Of a DNA stretch of 64,000 nt, positions 53,659-64,000 are shown piece after piece. This DNA comes from Marsupella aquatica. Lineage: Eukaryota; Plantae; Marchantiophyta. The notes beneath the pieces are model-generated. The model was not told the origin of the DNA. It did not search any database and worked only from the letters and a program-made list of their open reading frames with translations. The stretch is from NCBI GenBank assembly GCA_973895155.1, contig OZ316892.1:25939233-26003232 (forward strand). Direction: 5' to 3'. Position 1 is the stretch's first letter. Each line of letters starts with the position of its first letter. The position numbers and the translations under genes are program-made.

Positions 53659-55414
53659 TCAGGAATGGGCAGGTTGTTGGCTTGATGCGCCGTTTTCTGC
53701 GGTCCTTTTTGCCGCCAGAAAAGCTTGTGCTGCATTTCTGTTAAAGGCCATTATGGATCGTGCTTTTGCTTCTATTTCTGGTCCAGCTTTAGCCGGAGAG
53801 CCTGCTTCAAACGGTGGTTGTGGGTCATACTCCACATAGAGTTGTACTGCCTTCGCCGTTGTTTCGTCCGTGATTAGCGCGGCCAACTGGAGTGCCATAT
53901 CTATTCCGGACGACACGCCTCCTGATGTGATAATCTTCCCCTGCACACCCACGTCCATTACGAACGTCATCATCATAAGCATCACAGTTAATTAGCTCTT
54001 TCTCATCATATCATTCGAGGAAATTCTCTCTATTACTTGTAATCCGTCTTTCCCATCAAATCATTCAATGAAATTCTCTCTATTCCATGTAATACGTCAC
54101 AATCAACAAGATTTCCTTTTATGCATTCTTCAGCTTCCACATTTTTCTATATGTAAGGCCTGGCCAAAGGATTTTCTTATCCCTCTTCTCTTCAGTACTT
54201 TCAACTATGGCTTGAATGTTTTGGTTCCAAGCTGCTGGATGTGCACCGTCAGGAGGTTTCCAGGAGTTTATTACAAATTGATGACACGCTCAAAAGACAC
54301 GCTCAAAAGTTCTGGGAGGTTTCTCAATAGCCGTCGTTACAAGGTCCCAATACTCAGAGAAAAACTTCCAGGACTTCAAGCGGATCTCTGGTTACGGGAA
54401 GTGGTCGACATTGAGATTCAATTAAACGAAGTCTTAACTCACATCTTGGACAACGCGGCTCTCTGATGGCGTAGCCCCGAACGTGGTTAATTCAGGTAGG
54501 GCGGCCCAGTATGTGGTGGCTGTCACACCCTTCAACAACCCCGCCGAGCCCAGCAACTTAGCCCCCGTGCAGACTGATGTGGTGTAGAGTGTTGTCTCGT
54601 GTGCCTGAGTCCACACGCCACAAAAGACCAAACCATTTCAAACCAAATCAAACTCGTTCAACTAAAAACGGTTCAAATGTAAGATATCTGCATTTCAGTT
54701 TCTGCGTTTCAACTATAATCTCTTAGAAATCTAGTCACTTCGCTTAGATTAGGCTTAAAATCTCATCCATCAATTTTGACGCGTTTTCATCCCTGGGTAT
54801 CCTCTGGACGGGGATTTCAACATGATATCAATCACAGATGTGTGTTTTCTGCATTAATAGCCCTCTGTTGTAAATTGGCCTTCTGCACTCAAGCTCTCTG
54901 TCAGAAATCGACTTCAATCCGTCCGTTCTTTCTTCGAATTAGTCACACTGAGGAGCCTTTTTTGTTGGAGTTGGATCTATAATTTACCCTTCATCCTCTG
55001 AACTGGCAGACTGGAGCTCAAGTTGATACTTGAATCATCAATGGGAAGCAAAACTGTCAAGCGTACAAGATCAGAACTGTTAACTTTAAATCATTATAGC
55101 TACGATCATAGGAACATATCACAAGGAAAGATGTTCACCTTCTGAAGCCAAGAATTGAACGTTTTGTCGTCGGCAAGCACACTGACACCAATGCCACCCG
55201 GAACGAGGACGATGTCAGGCTTGGGCACATCTTCAAAGGAATGGGTGGCATTGATGAAGAGGTAGCCCTGACTGTCGGAAACGAGTCCCGGTTTGTGAGA
55301 AATGAAAACCACGTCGACTGTAGGGAGCGATTGAAGGATCTCGTAAGGACCGATTGCGTCAAGCATTGTCATTCCGTCGAAGATGGGAATCGCCACCTGT
55401 AGCTTTTTCCCCAT
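53659..55414 (-). CDS. DJ-1/PfpI family protein, isocyanide-hydratase/ThiJ-like; exons 55414-55139, 54604-54443, 53940-53659 (~239 aa)
   Basis: MLDAIGPYEIL, DIVLVPGG, SVCTGA (nucleophile Cys), ATTYW, GGVSSGIDMAL, EYDPQPPFEAGSP; phase-0 GT-AG introns. Confidence 0.92.
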
Positions 55415-57104
55415 TCTGTTTGTTCTGTAGAATTGGTGGACCTGTATTCACATACGGACCGAGTTGTAAATGAGGTAATATTTGAGTGATAGGAGAAGAT
55501 GTGTAAACCCGGGTAGAAATGTTCTCCGACGGTCCAGATGTAACTCTTAGAATGGATTCGCAGGGATAGCTCTTGCTCATCGGAAGGTTTCTCCCTCAGG
55601 TTAGAGACATAAAAAAAGGAAAGCAGGTCGACGAGATGAGAAGACAAGTTAATTCGATAGTGCTGTGATATCAGAAGAAAACCGATGAATTATAATATTT
55701 GTTTTGTAAAGTAATAAACAAGAGGACTTTTATACTTCTATTTGCATTGAAAGGGATTTTCACCAATTAAGAAAGTCCCAGGCTTCGGCAGAATCTACAG
55801 CTTTAGGCAGCTCGGGGTACACAGAAACGTTACGGCCGAGAGGAAAATTCATTCTAACAGAACTGCAGGGTCCGAATGCCGAAAGTCCCAAGGCTTCCAT
55901 TGTGAAGGAAATGCGAGGTTGAAACCACGAGGCAAGCATCTGTTAGAGTCCTCGTGCTTGGTAGTTCTGACGGCGGAGAAACTATATATTAATTGAAACA
56001 CTAGCCGAACAAGGAAGGGAAAGGAAATGATGACCACTTCTCTCCATCGGTCCAAACGAAGACACAGAACAGAGGATTCAAATGAACGGTCCACCGCAGC
56101 ATAAGAAGAAGCAAAACTCTCGTTGTTTAGAACGAACCAAACTCGGTCCGATATGAAAAAACAGAAGAAGCACATTCTTAAGTAGTGGTGCAATGGCCTG
56201 TTGCACAGCAGAGAAATCTAAATGGATGAAATAGTAGAGTACAAATGGTCTTAAAGCTTCTGTACGATAAGATCGGCATCATGAGCTTCAATTATAACCT
56301 GCATTCAACAAAGTTTGCGAGGGGCTCGAAGGTGCGGAGAGAATGTTTCCCGGCGGAAAAAAGGGAAAAACGAGATACGAAGACGAAGAGAATTACTAAA
56401 AGATATGAAGCAGATGACGAGGAGAAACCTCTGCATCAATGATGCTATCGCTAGCCAGAATCAGTGGTGTGCAAAACCAGCACAAATTCTGCCCATTTCG
56501 ACCCCGACAAATCTCCAAACGCAAGACGAATTGCAGGTTGGAACAAAGGGAGATCCAACATCGAAAGAAGCAAAGTAAGCTCAACGAAAGACACCTCAGA
56601 GGGCGACTTAGCAATTACACATTCCGGAAAGACATGCTGCTAAGAATCGTGATAAACCGTTCCCGAGAAGGTGTGAAGGAGGATAACCCGGCCGATACTT
56701 CTGCAACTACAATGGAGACCAACCGAAGTGCCAGTCTCTTCTTCTCACATAATTCAGAACCACTAATGAAACTCCAAACCTTGGATGGAGCACAGGACGA
56801 AGCAATTACAGCTCAACATGGGGCAGAAGGAATTCGAATCAAAGACGGACGAAGCTCTGACGTTCGTAGTCTTTCCGGACCGACAGGCACTAGAAATCTG
56901 ACAAAGTTGTTCTCTCGATCGGGGGTACCAGGAGGATATTGCGGGACGATACGTCAGCATTCGGTGGCCTCACAGCAAACAAACTACCTGTCCTTTATTT
57001 GCCATCAGCGAACCTCCCGCCGCAAACCGAGGTGAACAATGGAACCCATGGAGCTCCAATGCAGTAGAAGCATGCTGTACACTAACAAAATCGACGACTC
57101 GGAC

Positions 57105-57605
57105 GAAGAATCCTGAACTCACTCCAGAACGACACCAAAAAAACGACCCAAATCTGTTTCTGCTTCTGAATTTGAGACTTGAAACAGGACATACATGTTG
57201 TGGATCAGGCATTGAAAACGGGGGAAACCTTTTCTAAAATCAGGCGTCCGCTCGCACCTCAGTGATCAATGATCACTCTCTTGTGCTTTGCTACTTGGAA
57301 GAAAAATCCTGAACTCAGTCCAGACCGGCATCTAGAAATCGAGAGAAATCTGCTTCTAGTTCTGAATTCGAGAATTTGAAAACAGGAGACATAACCCTTT
57401 CTGCATAAGGCATTGGAAAGGAGGCAAATCTATTCTAAATTTAAGTGTCCGCTCGCGCCTCAGTGATCCGGAGACATCTGTTTCTGCGTCTGAATTCGAG
57501 AATTCAAAACAGGAGACACAACCTTTTGCGGATCAGGCAGTGGAAAGGAGGTAAACCTTGTCTAAAAGCAGCAGGCGTCCGCTCGCACCTCAGTGATCGA
57601 TGATA
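57105..57605. repeat. Degenerate tandem repeats, about 3 units ending GTCCGCTCGC(A/G)CCTCAGTGATC
   Basis: The motif recurs near 57247, 57447 and 57577. Confidence 0.7.
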
Positions 57606-57757
57606 ACTCTCTCTTGCTTTGCTGCTCGCTCCGCTTCGTATCAATCAGCAGTCGGACGTGTCTTCCTTCCGCTACCAGAGTACAGTAATCGTCGAGATGG
57701 CAGCTCTCTTCGTTCGTGAACGACGACAATTGCGCGTGGTGTGGCAGAGCAATTCCT

Positions 57758-58030
57758 CTGCCTTTTGAAGCTTGGAGCCCTCACGTCTGACGTAAGACGT
57801 GATGCAGAGTGTAAAGACCTTCATCTGACATGCGACGTGCTGTAAGTGTAAATAAGCATCTGTATGCCCATCGTCTGGTCCAGACTCGAGACGTCTGCCT
57901 TTTGAAGCTTGGAGCCCTCTCGTCTGAGGTAAGACGTGATGCAGAGTGTAAAGGCCTTCATCTGACATGCGACGTGCTGTAAGTGTAAATAAGCACTGTA
58001 TGCCCATCGTCTGGTCCAGACTCGAGACGT
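57758..58030. repeat. Tandem duplication, ~137 bp x2
   Basis: CTGCCTTTTGAAGCTTGGAGCCCT...CCAGACTCGAGACGT occurs twice. Confidence 0.9.
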
Positions 58031-60695
58031 CGGTCAAAGTCCGACAGAGGAGAAGGTTGCTTGAGTCCTACGAAACAGGGGAGTTTCAGAGGAACGTTCT
58101 CCTCGAAGTCAGTTTGGCCAGAAAAATCTATATAGGATAGGATTGGGTGGTGATAAAAAATATATCTAAGTTAAATAGCTTTTAGTGCACTAGTTTAATA
58201 CATGTTCTTTGAACTTAAATAGATATAAAGACAAAAAAAAATTTGGTAAAACAAAGATCCTCTTGTACTTTGTTTATTTATTGGTTTATAAACTTTGGTG
58301 GAATAAGTTTTTTCTTTCTTTCTTTTTTCTTGTTCGTGTTTGCCTCCATCCCACTTTTTGTTCACTGTCACTTCTATTTTGTCTGTATTGAGAGTCACTC
58401 TAAGTTTTGTTAAAAATATAGAGTCAATGTAAGTGGTGTTAATCTTTACTCCCATTCAGTTTTTGGGTCCACCTTCACTTTTAAGTTTTGTTTTATTGAA
58501 AGTTACGGTCTAGAGTCTTCACTCTAGACATTAGCCCTTGAGAATAGCTTTGCATTGCCCTTTACTAGTAAGATACCACTAAAGACAATTGAATTTGCAA
58601 TTACATTGTCACTGTTTTATTTGTATTTATATATATGTCATTATTTTAGTATATAGTTCTCCTAGTTACCTTGGTGAACTTCATCCATATACAAAATTAT
58701 CAAATTGGAACATCTTAAGAGGCAAAGTATTTTAAAGCCGCTACATTAAATCAGGATTAGGTGAGACCTAAAGTCCATCCATGTCAGAGAATAGGATCTA
58801 TTATAAATATTCAAGTTTAAAACATCCATGTAGCAGTGCCAAAGAATGAGAAAGGTAGAGAGGATCTCAATGATAGGGGTGGCAAGAGCAGGGGCACCAG
58901 CATCCCGAGCGGCCACCACAAAGGAAGCAAACATGTCGCTCGAGACGCCTGTCTAGTTGCAAAAGAACCATCCTCTCCATCAAGGGCCGCTGTTTAGGGA
59001 TGTTTAAATGCTCCCGGACCAATGAGGTGACAACAAGAATGAAGTTTGTTAAGTGGCTCCCTCTACATTAGAGCTTTATACATGCAGGAGAACTTTAGGG
59101 TTTAACACCACAATCTAATCCCATTTGACCGCGCCCAACACATACCATTTGGGGCATATCCTGATTTTCTTAGTTCCGTTAAACACATTTGTCAGTGGGA
59201 CTAAAGGAAATGCCCTCGCAATATTGTGCGAGTACATAGCGATACAAGGTAAGTAATATACAAGGTAAATTAAAGGTACTTGGTCTAGGGTTTAGGGTTT
59301 TTGGATTTACAGCATATGCATGCCACATGTTTACAAGTGTTACAACATAAAAAAAATCTCAACTATGTAGTGGTAGATGTGCCAACTAACTAGGGTCCCA
59401 CACTGGCATGCATGTAATATAAATTGGCCTCATTTTTGTGTCTAAATGGGTGGCTTTGAAGTTATCTCCCCAGTTATCTCTAACTCTCATTAGTGGTCTA
59501 ACCTTTGTTGCTAAAGACAGTGTGTGTGTGTGTGCAACTAGCAAGCTCAACTACTTGCTTCAATGGAAAAGGGGTTTAGGGGTTTTGGAAATGGGCCCGT
59601 GTAGGTTTGGGTTTGCATCAGTTCTGCCACTAAGTGTGGGTTCAGGCGTCTAGTCAGTGTGCACAGGTCCTTCCTAGCAAAGTGAGGCCTTTTGTGAAGC
59701 AAACCCTCAAGCATTCGCTTCCATTGTCCGCAGCAAAAAACCTCGACCCAGAAGGGAAGCAATCGTGGTTTTTTTCCACACCTTGGCGGGAGTGTTGAAG
59801 GTTTAGGGGTGAGCATTGAGGGAGTCAACAACGGAGAGCTCATTGCTTGGTGGTAGGGTTCAAGGTCGTCGGCACATTGTGGAGGTCTCACAAAGTGGGG
59901 AGCGAGGTGGATCATCGGGCTGCTCATTGCTTGGTGGGAGGGTAGAAGGTCGTCGATAGATTGTGGAGGTCTCACGAAATTTATTGTGTGAGATGGATCA
60001 TCGGGCTGCAAGGCCGACCGGGAGGCCGACCGGGCCCCGCTTTTGTGTTTGGCAATGTGAGTGAGGTGAGGGGACCTATTGCTACTCCTTATATTTGCAC
60101 TCCCATTGCCCCGACCCGACCATTGCTTGACAACTTGGTGCTCAGGCACTCATGTGTTCAGGATAGAGGCTGCTGCGAGCTTCAGTCTGGAGGTTTGAGA
60201 AATTGGTTTGTGAGCGGAGTTTGTGAGCGAAGACAGCGGAGCTTGGCTGAGCATTGCCCAGCCCCAATGTGTGCTGCTCGATTCTATTTTTGCCCCCGGC
60301 TATTGTTGCTTTGCATTGTTGCGCTGTTGAGCTCCATTGCCGCGAAGAGTTTAGGGTCTGGGTGACATTGCTTGCGCTCTTGAGCTCCATTGCTAGAAGA
60401 GAAAGGTGCTGGGTGACATCGCTGCTCAGCTCAATTCGCGAGCTGCCTAGGTCCATTGCCTTATGCTGCTTAGTTCAGTCGCTTGCTGCCTGCTGTTACA
60501 ATCGCCTGCTCAATCGCGCACCCAATCGCCTGGAGGTCATTTGCCTGGAGCTCATTTGCCTAGAGTTCAATCGCCTGCTGCTCAAACTGCTGTTGCTGCA
60601 GTCGCGATGTGCTCAATCTGTTGTTGCTCGATCACGAGCTACCTAGCTCCATTGTGAGTTGCCTCCCTGTTCTCCTTGTTCTCCCTGTTCTCCCT

Positions 60696-63483
60696 ATGAG
60701 GAGGAGGAGTTCGGCTTTGTTGTTGTGGTGGAAAGCTTCCAGCCGGGCTTTTGGGCGGGGGAATCGTGATATAGCCAGTGGTTCTCGAGAGTGGTCGCCG
60801 GTGATAACTCAGCCATTGGGTGACGAGGTCGTGCTGCCACAACAGTCGAGGAGATGGAGCTCGAAGACTTCAGCACTCGCGTGGAATGGACCCACAGCAG
60901 CAGCAGCAACAGCAACCGGGGATTGTTTTCTGTATCCGTCGCGTGTCCAGAAGTCACATTTTGCCTCTTGTGCAGTAAAAGGTGTAGATATTGGCTTGCA
61001 CAAAGGAGACGAGGGTCTCCTGCACGTGTTCCGCTGCGAGGTCGAAGACTGTACGAAGCGATTGCTGGTGAGTTACGGTATTCCTTGCCAAGTTCTGCCT
61101 TGTATCTGTAAGCTGATGTAGGCGAATTTTCTTCTGCATTGTTCTATTGCTGGATTTTTCTGATGCTGAAGATCATTATGTGTCCGGACATCGTTTCTTT
61201 TGGGATTATTCCTCGGTTTGTCCGAGTGTGCACTGTACTGAGGTCCAGTGGATGACTTTCTTCTAGAACCTAATTTTAAAGTGCGCATATTACAAAGTGA
61301 TACTTGCTTTGCACTTAGGCAGCGTAAGCTTGTTCATGCCTATTGTTGCCAGAAGGATCTCGACATCTTGGTCAGTTCTGATTAATCCTCCCTGATTCCG
61401 CCAATCCTAGACCTTTTTTTCTTTCCCTTTGAGCAAGCCTTGCGAGACAATATGGCTTTCTTGGTTATGTGCTTCCCATTGGGCACATCTGCTTCCGCTG
61501 TACCTCATGCAGATTGTCACCCGCTTTCTGTCATGTCTAGAGCTATTTCCAGAGTGTCTGGAAACCTTATCGTAGGATAAAATGTTTGACATAGACTTCG
61601 TGTCGAAGTGTTTTGCAGAACATCACACAGAGGAAACCACCCAAACCGTTCACAATTGTGAAGGACGAACCTGGAGAGATGGAGATGACGTTGACTAGAA
61701 TTTATGGGTTGGAAGACATCACTATGTCTTGTGTTCTGCAACTAGTGAGAAAAAATTATCAGCGCAAGCCGGAAGTCGGTGAAGACCCGGAGAGTCGAAC
61801 GAAGATGTTGCAGCTGACGATTTCGATCACGAAAGGTGGCGTATCTCCCACTCTCGAAATCAGATGCGAGTGTTACCGGGATGGTTTTGCCATTCACCAA
61901 GTTGATCTACAATATGAAGACAAGGAACAGACAGTATACCGCCCATACTTCTCGTAAGCCTCTTCCACATACATTTCGAAGTAGGTGTACAAGATTTTGT
62001 TATTGTTCTGTGAGTTTGGTACCAAATGTATGGCCATAGGATGATTGAAGTTCACTCTATAAATGCCTGTTTGTGGGTTAAATTTGACCAGAGCATTCCC
62101 TCGCCCTGTACCGCCCTGCATCTTATTTTCATGTCTGGAGGCTAGACTGTGAAGGCAATGATTAAATTGTATCCGCGCTTCTGATGGGTCAAACCTGATG
62201 AAGATATCATCACATTGGTTGAATTTCTTCGTATGAGTTGTCACCCAATCCTATTGATGTCTCATTCCGTGGTAATTAGTAATCGTTTTCTCAGTCTGCC
62301 ATTCGTTAGTTTCCGAGTCATTTACAGAACGGTTTACGATGGCTCAATGAATTATAGCTAATTGCTTTTATTTTAATAGGGGAGTCAACAGTTGAAGACG
62401 TTTCGATAAAAAAAAAACGAGTTGACACCGCTGTTCAGACGATGTATTAACTGAGATAGGCTTAGGGTCACTGTTGTATACGTTTCGAAAAGCGTTAACA
62501 GACGGATTGAACGAAAACCAAACCAGCGGCGCTTTAGTGAATATCAGCAATGCATGGGATGACACAGTAAGACATTGACGCGAAGGATGGTAGTGAACGG
62601 GAGGGGCGTGTGCTCAGGAGAGATGAATACTTTGCTACTCGGACGCGGAGATGTCCGTTAGCTATGTTGTCCTCTCTTGGCCGATTCTCGTATGTAGGAT
62701 GGTTCGAGAGACTGAGGACGATGATTACATCCTATCCGCGCTTCTGAGGGTTCAAACCTGATGAAGCATACTCGATATTGGTTGAATTTCTTCGTATGAG
62801 TCTTCAGTTGGTTGATCCATTTTAGATCCTACCGGTAGGTATAGGTGTTCGTCTTATCTTTTGGTATTCAGCAGTACTGAAATGAAACGAGGAATACATA
62901 AAATGAAGTCACCTACACATCGTGGAGGCAATGATTAAATACTATCCGCGCTTCTGAGGGGTCAATCCTTATGAAGTACACTTGATATTTGGTTGAATTT
63001 CTTCGTATGAGCCTCCACTGTCGTCTGAATTTCATCAGATTTTGAGGGTTTAGATTGATAATTCTCACAGGTATCTACCTCACAGTCCCAAACTAAAGTT
63101 TTCATATGCAGAGGTGAATATGATTTTATCTAAGGATGTCTTGGTAGGCATCGTCCATTAATGGTTTCTTGCTGCCATTGATGTTATCTAAAGTCTGTCT
63201 GAAGCGGGTACATTCAGATTGACGTATTTTGCCTGGGAACTTAGGATGAGTTTTGGGACTTGAATCTTTAGTGGTCCTCGCCTCTTGATGCAGGAATGGC
63301 AAGGACGAGTTGGTGAATAACTTCCAAATATTTCTCTACGACAGAGGGCTGAATGCTGATCTTGCTGGTTACATTGAGAAGCACTTGGAGAGCAAAAGGC
63401 TATTAAAGTCAGCAGCCGCTTTCAAAAAAATGACCAGATTCCTAGAAGCGGATTCCTCTCCCAGCAGTCCCAGTGATGACTGA
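60696..63483 (+). CDS. Mitochondrial acidic glycoprotein family protein (MAM33/p32-like); exons 60696-61067, 61619-61953, 63294-63483
   Basis: Arg/Ser-rich transit-like start; DEGLLHVFRCEV, PFTIVKDEPGEMEMTLTR, LTISITKGG...LEIRC, YRPYFS|...FQIFLYDRGLNADLAGYI; GT-AG junctions keep the frame. Exon 1 structure is uncertain. Confidence 0.72.
62154..62240 (+). ncRNA. Box C/D snoRNA, U36a-type, copy 1
   Basis: C box ATGATTA; guide TATCCGCGCTT + D' CTGA; C' TGATGA; guide TTGGTTGAATTTCTTC + D-like ATGA. Both guides are antisense to 25S rRNA GAAGAAATTCAACCAAGCGCGGGTA. Confidence 0.82.
62617..62689 (+). ncRNA. Possible degenerate C/D snoRNA with a U24-like guide
   Basis: TGAATACTTTGCTACT resembles the antisense of 25S AGTAGCAAATATTCA; the boxes are degenerate (CGGA/CCGA). 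Confidence 0.3.
62711..62808 (+). ncRNA. Box C/D snoRNA, U36a-type, copy 2
   Basis: Same boxes and guides as copy 1; terminal stem ACTGAGGAC/GTCTTCAGT. Confidence 0.85.
62922..63018 (+). ncRNA. Box C/D snoRNA, U36a-type, copy 3
   Basis: Same guides as copy 1; perfect terminal stem GTGGAGGC/GCCTCCAC. Confidence 0.85.
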
Positions 63484-64000
63484 TTCTCCTTGCTTCAAGT
63501 GGAAGCGTTGTTCACATCTCTTCCCACATGTTTATTGTGTATACACAGGACAGTTGCCTTTTTCACTTTTTGGAGCTGTGAAGTTGTAGGATGCGGAGGG
63601 AGAAGGCATCCTGAAACTGGCTAAGTAGCACCTGAGAACCCATCCTCGACATTTGCCAGTCCAACACCTAAACCACAGCTGCCCGGTCAGTATAAAGGCG
63701 CTTCTACGTCTGTCCGATTGCTGTGCTCTCGCGCCCAAATGAACAGTGCCCTCCTCGTATCCATGCCCGGAGCGTCGCTCCATGCTACCTCTCTGCCGTC
63801 CATTTCAGCCAATTCAAACGGATCATTTCCGGAGATTTCTCACAACATAAAGTTCTTGCAATCCGTTTTTTGCTAATCCACCATGATTCTACGTTATGAT
63901 TCTACGTTTTGAACCATCAAGTCAACACGATCGTCAGCAAGGTTGTGAAATGGTAGTGAGAGCCTAAAGTTTAGAAACATTTAAATCTACATGCTATTGA

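Noticed and set aside
56439-57035. 198-aa ORF
   Set aside because: No recognisable motif, splice context or family resemblance.
59547-60646. Overlapping 100-200-aa ORFs with internal repeats
   Set aside because: Low-complexity degenerate repeats, probably a TE remnant; no identifiable domain.

Overview
Eukaryotic nuclear DNA from a land plant, probably a non-seed plant such as a bryophyte; this is inferred from gene content, GT-AG introns and TE types. Host genes: an intronless mitochondrial SDH1, a 3-exon SINA E3 ligase, an ankyrin/PGG membrane protein, a multi-exon NEMP/PNET2-like nuclear-envelope gene, a bacterial-type DJ-1/PfpI gene and a MAM33/p32-like gene whose second intron holds three U36a-type C/D snoRNAs. 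Mobile DNA: (1) a broken DNA transposon whose Sola1/DUF7869-like DDD transposase appears fused to three tandem TNP1/En-Spm-like domains; (2) a 5'-truncated CRE-like RT+RLE non-LTR element that splits one unit of a ~150-bp satellite; (3) a young Ty1/copia with apparently identical 475-bp LTRs, a GAACT TSD, a MYB/ACGT motif array and a stop codon at the gag/protease junction; (4) a 328-bp TRIM whose two LTRs each contain a tRNA-derived Pol III-promoter-like cassette, i.e. a tRNA analogue of Cassandra and the most unusual item here. A tandem segmental duplication of the convergent NEMP/DJ-1 gene tails was resolved by reciprocal pseudogenisation. All family assignments come from recalled motifs; no database searches were run.
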